Assembly: GCA_018267575.1 (NCBI GenBank)
Contig: JAFDYF010000051.1
Location: 110,068 to 174,067, forward strand
Direction of reading: 5' to 3'
Length of the DNA: 64,000 nt
Source: Bacteroidota bacterium
GTDB taxonomy: Bacteria; Bacteroidota; Bacteroidia; Chitinophagales; Chitinophagaceae
In this document: piece after piece, positions 10,821-19,489 of the stretch
Layout: each line of letters begins with the position of its first letter
Numbering within the stretch: position 1 is the stretch's first letter
The notes under the pieces: model-generated
What the model was told of the DNA's origin: nothing
The model's input: only the letters and a program-made list of their open reading frames with translations
Database searches by the model: none
Translations under genes and position numbers: made by a program

Positions 10821-10851
10821 CATGGCAAAACCATATTTAACCATGGCAAAA
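10821..10851. promoter_or_regulatory. two 10-bp direct repeats CATGGCAAAA phased 21 bp apart (candidate regulator binding site)
   Basis: Copies at 10821-10830 and 10842-10851. The 10-bp repeat plus 11-bp spacer resembles the direct-repeat architecture used by LytTR regulators. Confidence 0.3.
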
Positions 10852-11021
10852 AAAATATTTCAAACGTTGATGTATATCCGTATTTTTTGATTTTTTTTAA
10901 TCCTTGATATCCGAATGGGTAAAATGTAGAAGCATCAGGCTCGGACTTTAAGTCAAAAAAAGACATATTCTAAATAAATATATACCGATTCTCCCTGCCA
11001 GCTTTTTTTGGCCGGTTAACC

Positions 11022-11029
11022 TATTTTTG
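11022..11029 (+). promoter_or_regulatory. candidate -7 promoter box TATTTTTG upstream of recG
   Basis: TAnnTTTG match 20 nt upstream of the GTG start at 11049. Confidence 0.35.
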
Positions 11030-11048
11030 CGGAAACAATCCATGGCTA

Positions 11049-13151
11049 GTGGCGGATATATTAAGCAGTCCCATCGAATACCTTAAAGGCGTTGGTCCCC
11101 AGCGTGCTGAGCTATTGAAAAAAGAGCTTGGCATTTACAGTTTCAAGGACCTGCTGGAACATTTCCCCTATCGGCATATCGATAAAACCAAGGTGAGCCC
11201 TATCAGGGATATCAGCCCACAGCATGAATTTATTCAGGTTGCAGGTCGGTTGTTAGCCATGGAAACCATTGGGGAAGGGCGTTCCAAAAGATTGGTCGCA
11301 GAAATTCGTGACGCTACTGGTTCGCTGGAACTGGTGTGGTTTCAAGGCATTGCCTGGGTGCAAAAAATGCTTGAACCCTGGCAAACCTATTTTGTATATG
11401 GCAGGGTCAGCTTTTTTCAAGGACGACCACAGATCACACATCCGGAGATGGAATTGTTGTCCACCGACAACAATTCCGGAAAAAGCTTTCTCGAACCCGT
11501 GTATCCGAGTACGGAAAAATTAAAATCGCGGGGGCTGGGTGGGCGACAGCTTGCCAAACTGACCTTTACGTTATTGACGATGCTTCGTGAAAAAGACCTC
11601 CCCGAAATTTTGCCAGACCAGATGATTAGCCAAATGAAACTGTTATCGCGGTATCAGGCTTTCCATTCTATCCACTTCCCAGCTAATATGGAGATTTATG
11701 AACAAGCGCTAAACAGGCTCAAGTTCGAAGAGCTTCTGATTGCGCAGCTCCGGATGGGGCTCATCCGCTCCCAAAGGCACCATTTTTCCAAAGGAGTAGT
11801 TTTTGGTCAGGTTGGTGAACTTTTTCATCTTTTCTATTCCCAATACCTTCCTTTTGAATTGACGGGTGCGCAGAAAAGAGTACTCAAAGAATTTAGAAAG
11901 GATATGGGCAGCGGAAGGCAAATGAACCGATTATTGCAGGGAGATGTGGGTAGTGGTAAAACAATTGTGGCCCTTTTATCCATGTTACTTGCGATCGATA
12001 ACGGGTTTCAAGCATGTATGATGGCGCCTACTGAAATTTTGGCCAAGCAACATTTCGAGGGAGTACGAAAATTATTAAAAGATATGCCCGTGGTGGTTGA
12101 GTTGCTAACCGGCAGCACCAAAACAAAAAAAAGAAAAGAGATTTTGGAAATGGCAATCAATGGCAGCTTGCAAATATTGATAGGGACCCATGCCGTGATT
12201 GAGGAAGTTGTACAGTTCAAGAACCTCGGTCTCGCGGTTATTGATGAGCAGCATCGGTTCGGTGTGGCACAACGGGCCAAATTATGGAATAAGGCCAGCA
12301 TCCCGCCACATGTATTGGTCATGACCGCAACTCCAATACCAAGAACACTTGCCATGACAGCCTATGGCGATCTGGACCTGAGCATCATGGATGAATTGCC
12401 TCCCGGTAGGCAACCTATACAAACGGTACATCGTTATGAAAGCAGTAGATCCCAGGTGATGGGTTTTGTCAAGAGCGAGATTGCAAAAGGAAGACAGGTT
12501 TATATCGTTTTTCCATTGATTGAGGAATCGGAAAAAATGGATTATGAAAACCTGATGAGGGGCTACGAAAATCTAAAGGCTTGGTTTCCGGAGCCCAAAT
12601 ATTGGATCAGCATGGTGCACGGCAAGCAAACCAATGAAGTAAAAGAAGTGAACATGCAACGTTTTGTGCAGCATGATACTCAGATCATGGTATCGACTAC
12701 CGTAATAGAAGTAGGTGTGGATGTTCCGAATGCATCGCTCATGATCATCGAAAGTGCTGAAAAATTTGGGCTTTCGCAATTGCACCAATTGAGGGGAAGG
12801 GTAGGTAGGGGCAGGGAAAAAAGTTTTTGCATTTTATTAACAGGTAGTAAGCTCGGCGCCGAAGCAAAGGAACGCCTGAAGATTATGTGTGCGACCAACG
12901 ACGGGTTTAAAATAGCAGAAAAGGATTTGGATTTGCGTGGCCCGGGAGATATACAAGGTACTAGGCAAAGCGGTTTGCTTGATTTTAAGCTGGCAAATAT
13001 TGTAAAGGACAAAGCACTTCTTGAAACGGTAAGACAATTGGCAGGAAAATTGCTCGATGAAGACCCGGACTTAAGCAATCCTAACCATTTGAGCCTAAAG
13101 GCCAGCCTTCAAGTAAAAAATGGTCAAACCCCTTGGAGCAAAATTTCGTAA
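11049..13151 (+). CDS. recG: ATP-dependent DNA helicase RecG
   Basis: GTG start. N-terminus IEYLKGVGPQRAELLKK, Walker A GDVGSGKT, DEQHRFG box, QLHQLRGRVGRG motif, and about 700 aa as expected for RecG. Confidence 0.93.
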   Translation: MADILSSPIEYLKGVGPQRAELLKKELGIYSFKDLLEHFPYRHIDKTKVSPIRDISPQHEFIQVAGRLLAMETIGEGRSKRLVAEIRDATGSLELVWFQGIAWVQKMLEPWQTYFVYGRVSFFQGRPQITHPEMELLSTDNNSGKSFLEPVYPSTEKLKSRGLGGRQLAKLTFTLLTMLREKDLPEILPDQMISQMKLLSRYQAFHSIHFPANMEIYEQALNRLKFEELLIAQLRMGLIRSQRHHFSKGVVFGQVGELFHLFYSQYLPFELTGAQKRVLKEFRKDMGSGRQMNRLLQGDVGSGKTIVALLSMLLAIDNGFQACMMAPTEILAKQHFEGVRKLLKDMPVVVELLTGSTKTKKRKEILEMAINGSLQILIGTHAVIEEVVQFKNLGLAVIDEQHRFGVAQRAKLWNKASIPPHVLVMTATPIPRTLAMTAYGDLDLSIMDELPPGRQPIQTVHRYESSRSQVMGFVKSEIAKGRQVYIVFPLIEESEKMDYENLMRGYENLKAWFPEPKYWISMVHGKQTNEVKEVNMQRFVQHDTQIMVSTTVIEVGVDVPNASLMIIESAEKFGLSQLHQLRGRVGRGREKSFCILLTGSKLGAEAKERLKIMCATNDGFKIAEKDLDLRGPGDIQGTRQSGLLDFKLANIVKDKALLETVRQLAGKLLDEDPDLSNPNHLSLKASLQVKNGQTPWSKIS

Positions 13152-13259
13152 ATGATCGTAAGTTTGCTGTTTGTATTATTTGCCCCGTTTTAAATACTAA
13201 TATCTTGATTACCCGATGCTGATTGGACTAGTGTGTTTTCCTTTTTTTGATTAATTTGT

Positions 13260-16200
13260 TTGGGAATATTAATCTGGCCTTATTTCGTTCATTGTAAAAT
13301 AGAAAACTTGAGAAAAAGATTCTTCATAGTTTTTGCATTTTCTTTCCTCGCCACCCTGAAAATTTTAGCACAAAGTGGGGGTAGCTCCAATCTTGAATTT
13401 ATCGAGAACAAAGGCCAATGGGACAAGCAGGTTGCTTTTAAAGCGGATATTGGTACAGGTTCCTTTTTTTTACAGAAAAAGGGATTTACCGTTTTGTTGC
13501 ATAATCCGGATGATTTGGCTCGTGCCCATCAAGGGCATCATGGTTTTGGCGGAAAGGTAGAACCTCCAGTTGCGGGCGGACCAAAGAAGTCGCTGTCTGG
13601 ATCCATGAAGCCCATAAGCGACCATACGCATAATAATGGTTTTGTGATTAGGTCACATGCCTATACCGTTAGTTTTGTAGGGGCAAATGATAATGTGGAG
13701 ATAGTACCTGATAAAGCACTGCCGACCTACAATAATTATTTTATTGGCAACGACTCCACTAAGTGGGCTTCCCATTGCCAGGTTTTCCAAGGCGTTACCT
13801 ATAAAAATATATACCCCAATATCGATCTTCGTTATTATACCAATAATGGGGTGCTTAAATACGATCTGATTGTTCATCCCGGAGGTGATCCCGGAAAGAT
13901 CATCATGCAATATCAAGGAGCTGATCAATTGAAAATTAAAAGCAACCAGCTATTAATAAAAACATCTCTGGGCGAACAAAAAGAACTAGAGCCATTATCC
14001 TATCAATTAAATCAGAATGGTAGGAGCGAAGTGGTTTGTAAATTTTTTAAGTCGTCGGATAATACAATCCGTTTTAAAATCAATAAGCGAGACCCTGAAG
14101 CTACTTTAGTAATCGATCCCACCTTGGTATTTTCAACTTTTACAGGTAGCCGGGTCACCGATTGGGGGTTTACAGCCACCTATGGTCCCGATGGAAGTCT
14201 TTATTCTGGTGGCATTGCGGCAGGGGAAGGTTTTCCTGTTTCCCCTGGTGCGTTCCAAACCAATTGGAAGGGCGGGGGAGGTAGAGGACCATGGGATATT
14301 GGCATCATGAAATTCAATCCCAAAGGTTCACAACGTGTTTATGCCACTTATCTGGGTGGAAGTTCCAGTGAATATCCTCATAGTTTGGTAGTGGATGAGC
14401 AGGGCAATCTGGTAGTGTTTGGAAGAACGAGTTCACCCGATTTTCCCATTACCGCCACTGCAGGGCCCGGTGGTGGGAGGGATATCATCGTTACCAAATT
14501 CAATGCCGCTGGCACTAATATTATCGGTTCATTGAGAATCGGTGGGAAAGCCGATGATGGGGTAAATATCGATGACCAAGATGAGTCTGGTGCCTCGCTT
14601 ACCTCGGAATCTTTGATCCGCAATTATGGGGATTGGTCGAGAGGGGAAGTAATTTTAGATGCCAGCAATAATATTTATGTGGCTTCCTGCACTCAATCGG
14701 ATGACTTCCCGATTGTAGGCAGCGTTTTTCAGCCAAAATTTGGTGGGGGCGGTTCTGCTCACCAGGATGGGGTGATAATGAAAATCAACCCCAATTGCAA
14801 TGCATTAATATTTAGTTCTTTTTTGGGAGGCAAGGATGATGATGCAGCCTTGGTAATGGACCTTAGCCCTACCACTGGCGATATTTATGTGGGCGGTGCA
14901 ACACTGAGTACTGATATGCCTGGGATAAATGCCAGCTCGATGCAAAAAACGCTGCAGGGAAATATTGATGGTTTTGTTTCTGTAATTTCCAATAATGGTG
15001 CTACGCTCAAAACCACTACTTATGTTGGTACTTCGGGCTATAATATGGTATATGGTGTTAAGTTTGACAAATATGGGTTTCCTTATATCATGGGCACAAC
15101 TACCGGGGCTTGGAAAATTGTGAATGCCGCATGGGGAAATGTGGGTGCCAAACAGTTTATTGCAAAACTGCAGCCAGACCTCTCTGCGATTGTGTACACT
15201 ACTACTTTTGGTACAGCGGGTGCTTCCTTGCCCAATATTTCACCGGTTGCTTTTTTGGTGGACCGATGTGAAAATGTATATGTTTCCGGATGGGGGTCAT
15301 TTTATGTATATGATGGTAGCCAACCCGATCCATATGGCCTGTCCGGCACCTCTGGTATGCCCGTTAGCCCTACTGCCATCAAGCCCTTTACGGATGGTCG
15401 GGATTTTTATTTTATAGTTATAAAAAGAGATGCAGCTGGTCTATTGTATGCCACTTTTTTTGGGCAACAAGATCCCCCTAATAATACTTCTTCATTGAGT
15501 GAACATGTGGATGGTGGCACTAGCCGTTATGATAAAAATGGCGTCATCTATCAAGCAATCTGTGCCAACTGCGATACCAAGCCGAGCATTGTTTTCCCAA
15601 CCACACCGGGTGTGTGGTCCCCTTTGAATGGGGCTAGGTCCAGCGGTGGCTGCAACTTAGCTGCCGTAAAGATTGCTTTTAATTTTGCAGGGGTTTCAGC
15701 AAATATCAAATCGCTGATAAATGGGCAATATGATAGTATGGGTTGTGTGCCATTGGCTGTAACCTTGGAAGATACCATCCGCAATGCCAAATCCTATATC
15801 TGGAATTTTGGGGATGGCACAGCAGATTCGGTAACTACTGCCTATAGTGTGCTGCATACCTATACTAAAATTGGTACTTATTTGGTTCGGTTGATTGCCA
15901 TCGATTCCACAACATGCAATATCAGTGATACTGTTTACAAACACATCATTGTACGAAATGATAAAGCATATTTGGATTTTACAGCCATCAAACAATTGCC
16001 TTGTGAGTCATTATCCTACCAGTTTGTAAATAATTCTATACCGCCAGTAGGAAAGCCCTTCACGGATTCCTCCTTCGTTTGGGATTTTGGGGATGGTACT
16101 CCAAGGGTAATAACAGGCCCAGGAGCGGCTACTCATTCCTTCGCTGCAGCAGGTACTTACAAGGTAAGGTTGGTGTTGATCGATACCAATTACTGCAACT

Positions 16201-17006
16201 ATCCTGATTCGGCCGTCTTGAGCCTCTCTGTATCGCCATTGGTAAAAGCCCGCTTTATTACGCCAGCAGTTGGCTGTGCACCATATACAGCTATTTTCAA
16301 CAACACTTCATTGGGTGGGCAGCAATTTTTCTGGGATTTTGGCGATGGAAATACATCCACCGATCCCAACCCCACCCATCCTTATCCGGATATTGGATCT
16401 TATATCGTTAGCCTGCGGGTAATCGATTCAAATACCTGTAATATTGTCGATTCTACGAGTACCACAATAACAGTTAGCGGGAAACCCAAGGCTCTCTTTA
16501 CCACTACACCGGTTCCTCCTCAGCCGAATACCATTACTGTTTTCTATAACAATTCCTCAGGCGGGGTGTTGTATAAATGGCTTTTTGGTGATGGCGATTC
16601 TGTTGTAAAAGCGAATACTGATACTGTTGGGCACCAATATAACCAGACTGGTACTTTCAATGCCTGTTTGATTGTGTACAATAAAAATTTCTGTACGGAT
16701 ACATTCTGTCTTCCTGTGGAAACGATTGTAAATCCCTTGTTGGATCTGCCCAATGCCTTTACCCCGGGCCGCTTTGGTGAAAATGGGGTTGTACGTGTAA
16801 GAGGATTTGGGATTGCAAAAATGATGTTCAGGATATATAATCGATGGGGGCAAAAAGTATTCGAAAGTACCAACCCTACCATTGGTTGGGACGGCACTTT
16901 TAATGGGGTTTTACAGCCGGCCGATGTGTATGCATATACCTTGGAGGCCGAGTTGGTCGATGGGCAAAAAGTTCACCGAAAAGGTGATATTACTTTAATA
17001 CGATAG
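13260..17006 (+). CDS. large secreted SBBP/beta-propeller and PKD-repeat protein with T9SS type-B (gliding-motility-associated) C-terminal domain
   Basis: N-terminal LEFIENKGQWDKQVAF module. At least four PKD-like repeats (WNFGDGT, WDFGDGT, WDFGDGN, WLFGDGD). C-terminus LDLPNAFTPG...FRIYNRWGQKVFES...GWDGTFNG...VYAYTLEA...KGDITLIR. The track start is TTG 13260, but the in-frame TTG at 13308 (MRKRFFIVFAFSFLATLKILAQ) gives a cleaner signal peptide. Confidence 0.85.
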   Translation: MGILIWPYFVHCKIENLRKRFFIVFAFSFLATLKILAQSGGSSNLEFIENKGQWDKQVAFKADIGTGSFFLQKKGFTVLLHNPDDLARAHQGHHGFGGKVEPPVAGGPKKSLSGSMKPISDHTHNNGFVIRSHAYTVSFVGANDNVEIVPDKALPTYNNYFIGNDSTKWASHCQVFQGVTYKNIYPNIDLRYYTNNGVLKYDLIVHPGGDPGKIIMQYQGADQLKIKSNQLLIKTSLGEQKELEPLSYQLNQNGRSEVVCKFFKSSDNTIRFKINKRDPEATLVIDPTLVFSTFTGSRVTDWGFTATYGPDGSLYSGGIAAGEGFPVSPGAFQTNWKGGGGRGPWDIGIMKFNPKGSQRVYATYLGGSSSEYPHSLVVDEQGNLVVFGRTSSPDFPITATAGPGGGRDIIVTKFNAAGTNIIGSLRIGGKADDGVNIDDQDESGASLTSESLIRNYGDWSRGEVILDASNNIYVASCTQSDDFPIVGSVFQPKFGGGGSAHQDGVIMKINPNCNALIFSSFLGGKDDDAALVMDLSPTTGDIYVGGATLSTDMPGINASSMQKTLQGNIDGFVSVISNNGATLKTTTYVGTSGYNMVYGVKFDKYGFPYIMGTTTGAWKIVNAAWGNVGAKQFIAKLQPDLSAIVYTTTFGTAGASLPNISPVAFLVDRCENVYVSGWGSFYVYDGSQPDPYGLSGTSGMPVSPTAIKPFTDGRDFYFIVIKRDAAGLLYATFFGQQDPPNNTSSLSEHVDGGTSRYDKNGVIYQAICANCDTKPSIVFPTTPGVWSPLNGARSSGGCNLAAVKIAFNFAGVSANIKSLINGQYDSMGCVPLAVTLEDTIRNAKSYIWNFGDGTADSVTTAYSVLHTYTKIGTYLVRLIAIDSTTCNISDTVYKHIIVRNDKAYLDFTAIKQLPCESLSYQFVNNSIPPVGKPFTDSSFVWDFGDGTPRVITGPGAATHSFAAAGTYKVRLVLIDTNYCNYPDSAVLSLSVSPLVKARFITPAVGCAPYTAIFNNTSLGGQQFFWDFGDGNTSTDPNPTHPYPDIGSYIVSLRVIDSNTCNIVDSTSTTITVSGKPKALFTTTPVPPQPNTITVFYNNSSGGVLYKWLFGDGDSVVKANTDTVGHQYNQTGTFNACLIVYNKNFCTDTFCLPVETIVNPLLDLPNAFTPGRFGENGVVRVRGFGIAKMMFRIYNRWGQKVFESTNPTIGWDGTFNGVLQPADVYAYTLEAELVDGQKVHRKGDITLIR

Positions 17007-17045
17007 GCATCTGGATTTAGTGAAATTAAAAGAAGCGATTGAAAG

Positions 17046-18083
17046 ATGATGATGGCAAAGAAAATAATAGCCTTTGTTTTGGTAACATGCATGTTCCTGC
17101 ATGCAGGTGCACAGGATTTGCATTTTTCCCAATGGTTCAATTCACCTTTGACTACCAATCCAGCAAACACCGGTTTCATCCCAGATGCAGATTATCGGTT
17201 GGGGGCAAACTATCGGGATCAATGGTCAACCATTATGTCGGAACCCTATAAGACAATGAGTATTTGGGGGGATGCCCAATTGTTTAGGGATAGGATCCAA
17301 AATGGATGGCTGGGTTTGGGAGGGGTTATTCTACACGACCAGGCTGGCTCTGGCAATTTGCTTTCCACAGAAGCTTATGCATCTGTGGCTTACCATCAGA
17401 TGTTGGGCTATTCCAGTTTGTTGACAGCAGGTTTTAATACGGGATGGGTAAACAAACAGATCAATACCACCAATCTTAAATTCCCAGATCAGTTTGATGG
17501 AAAATTTTTTAGTCAGACCCAACCTACCAGTGTTGTGATATCCCAACCCAATATCAACTTTTTCGATATGCAGGTTGGGTTGAACTATGCCTATTTCCCT
17601 ACCAACAAAATTTATATCAATGCTGGGTTTTCTATTTGGCATCTGAACCGGGCACGCGAATCTTTTTTCACCACAGATCCAGTGGGTTTTGACAGTAGGA
17701 TTCCCCAACGATATATCGGTTTCCTGAATGCCAGCATCAAGACTAGCGACAAGGTAATAGTAAACCCCATGGCATATTATACCAATCAGGCAACCGCTTC
17801 CGAAACTGTGCTTGGGCTCAACGCACAGTACAACCTGTCGGGTGATGGTGACCAACAAGTGATTGGAGGTTTGTATTATCGGGTAGGCGATGCCGTTATC
17901 CCGATGGTTGGTTTTGTGTACAAAAATATCAGGCTTATGTTTACCTACGATGTTACGGCTTCCTCGTTGGGTACGGCTGCCAGTGGGGTAGGGGCCTGGG
18001 AATTTTCTCTGATCAACTATGGTCATTATAGTGAGTTCAATGGCGATAGAAAGCAAACCTTATGCCCTTCTTTTAAGCAATAA
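17046..18083 (+). CDS. PorP/SprF-family type IX secretion system membrane protein
   Basis: N-terminus after the signal peptide is QDLHFSQWFNSPLTTNPANTGF, the family hallmark. It lies immediately downstream of a type-B CTD cargo gene. Confidence 0.88.
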   Translation: MMMAKKIIAFVLVTCMFLHAGAQDLHFSQWFNSPLTTNPANTGFIPDADYRLGANYRDQWSTIMSEPYKTMSIWGDAQLFRDRIQNGWLGLGGVILHDQAGSGNLLSTEAYASVAYHQMLGYSSLLTAGFNTGWVNKQINTTNLKFPDQFDGKFFSQTQPTSVVISQPNINFFDMQVGLNYAYFPTNKIYINAGFSIWHLNRARESFFTTDPVGFDSRIPQRYIGFLNASIKTSDKVIVNPMAYYTNQATASETVLGLNAQYNLSGDGDQQVIGGLYYRVGDAVIPMVGFVYKNIRLMFTYDVTASSLGTAASGVGAWEFSLINYGHYSEFNGDRKQTLCPSFKQ

Positions 18084-18198
18084 TCTATTTCATTTGATCA
18101 ATGAGCGCAACGTGCTATTATTTCGCCAAGTGCAGGAGGTTAACCTTATGCTAACAATAATTTAGAGCTTATTATGTTTGTTCATTAATCTTGAATAT

Positions 18199-18206
18199 TA
18201 AATTTG
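18199..18206 (+). promoter_or_regulatory. candidate -7 promoter box TAAATTTG
   Basis: TAnnTTTG match 8 nt upstream of the ATG at 18214. A second match, TATGTTTG, lies at 18173-18180. Confidence 0.35.
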
Positions 18207-18213
18207 AAATAAA

Positions 18214-18855
18214 ATGATGAAGAGCCTTGTATTAGCTAGTTTCATGTTCATACTATCGGTTAGCGTTATAGCACAACGGCGTTCTCCAGAAATCAATACA
18301 TATACAGACGAGGGTGCGGGAGTGGGGCCCGGATTTAATCAGGGCAATATGTTTGTTGGAGGTACTTTGAATATTGGATACAATGGGTATGATTTTAATG
18401 TAGGCGGCTCTCCCGAAGTAGGCTACTCACTAAATAAATGGTTCGATGTAGGCGCCTTGGTCAATATCAACTACACTTCGGAGCGTGCCGACCCTTCGGG
18501 TTATTTCAACAACGATACCCGATATCGAAGTTTCAATTATGGGGCGGGCGTCTTTGGGCGGTTTTATCCACTGCCTTTTCTTTTTTTGCAGGTAGAGCCA
18601 GAATATAATTTTGTAAACTATGCGGCAACGCCGATGCAAACAGGAACGACTACCCGTTATCAGACACAGGCACCTAGTTTCCTTGGAGGAATTGGATATG
18701 GCAGACGTATTGTAGGTCAAAGCAGTTTTTATCTTTTATTGATGTTCGATGTATTGGGCGACCACAACTCGCCCTATGTTGACCCCTATACGTATGCACC
18801 ACTTCCGGTAATCAAGGCTGGCTTTGATGTGTATCTTCACCCGAGAAGAAAATAA
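18214..18855 (+). CDS. small outer-membrane beta-barrel-like protein (hypothetical)
   Basis: Signal peptide MMKSLVLASFMFILSVSVIAQ. Alternating aromatic/Gly-rich strand pattern (GYSLNKWFDVGALVNINY, GAGVFGRFYP, FLGGIGYG). Confidence 0.55.
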   Translation: MMKSLVLASFMFILSVSVIAQRRSPEINTYTDEGAGVGPGFNQGNMFVGGTLNIGYNGYDFNVGGSPEVGYSLNKWFDVGALVNINYTSERADPSGYFNNDTRYRSFNYGAGVFGRFYPLPFLFLQVEPEYNFVNYAATPMQTGTTTRYQTQAPSFLGGIGYGRRIVGQSSFYLLLMFDVLGDHNSPYVDPYTYAPLPVIKAGFDVYLHPRRK

Positions 18856-18861
18856 AGATGG

Positions 18862-19401
18862 TTATCCAATTTTGTTAAAGATTTCTATTGGGGAATCACA
18901 GAAATAAAGTCTTTCCGCCATATCGTCGTGCAAAAACCCTTCCTTATTGATTAGGACCAAATGATTTTTTAAATGGTTATAAAAACCGGCTGAGTTCAGG
19001 ATATAGATTTTTTTACTGTGAATTTTGAGTTGGTTCCAGGTAAGCATTTCAAAAAGTTCATCCAAGGTGCCAAAGCCTCCGGGCAGCACGATGGCGGCAT
19101 CGCTTCTTTCAAACATCATTTTTTTTCGGCTGTGCATATCCGGTACAATCGCCAACTCGGTAAGCCCTTTGTGCTGGGCCTCCCATTCGATCAAAAGCTC
19201 GGGGATCACGCCGATGATATGTCCTGCATTTTCTAAAATGGTATTTGCGATAACACCCATTAGCCCCTTATCACCCCCTCCATAAACCGCTTTGAGTTTT
19301 AAGATGGATACCAATTTTGCCAATTCTATCGCATGCTGTTCATAGATTGGGTTGTTGCCTTTATGGGAGCCGCAAAAAATGGCAACCGATGTGATATTCA
19401 T
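18862..19401 (-). CDS. LOG-family (TIGR00730) nucleotide 5'-monophosphate nucleosidase
   Basis: Motifs GGGDKGLMG and PGGFGTLDELFEMLTW. Confidence 0.85.
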   Translation of the reverse strand: MNITSVAIFCGSHKGNNPIYEQHAIELAKLVSILKLKAVYGGGDKGLMGVIANTILENAGHIIGVIPELLIEWEAQHKGLTELAIVPDMHSRKKMMFERSDAAIVLPGGFGTLDELFEMLTWNQLKIHSKKIYILNSAGFYNHLKNHLVLINKEGFLHDDMAERLYFCDSPIEIFNKIG

Positions 19402-19489
19402 AAGAAAAATTTATTTGAGAAATTAAAATTCAAAATTTAAGCTTGTATTTCCTAATTTTCAGCATTAATTATTCACTACAACCGAATGC

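Noticed and set aside
10822-10890. 22-codon ORF MAKPYLTMAKKIFQTLMYIRIF in the LytTR-adjacent gap
   Set aside because: It is too short and unsupported to call a gene, and its two ATGs are simply the direct-repeat copies. I mention it under the repeat finding only.
17331-18056. 241-aa ORF on the minus strand
   Set aside because: It lies entirely antisense to the well-supported PorP/SprF gene. It has no recognisable motifs or signal, and its composition looks like a shadow frame.
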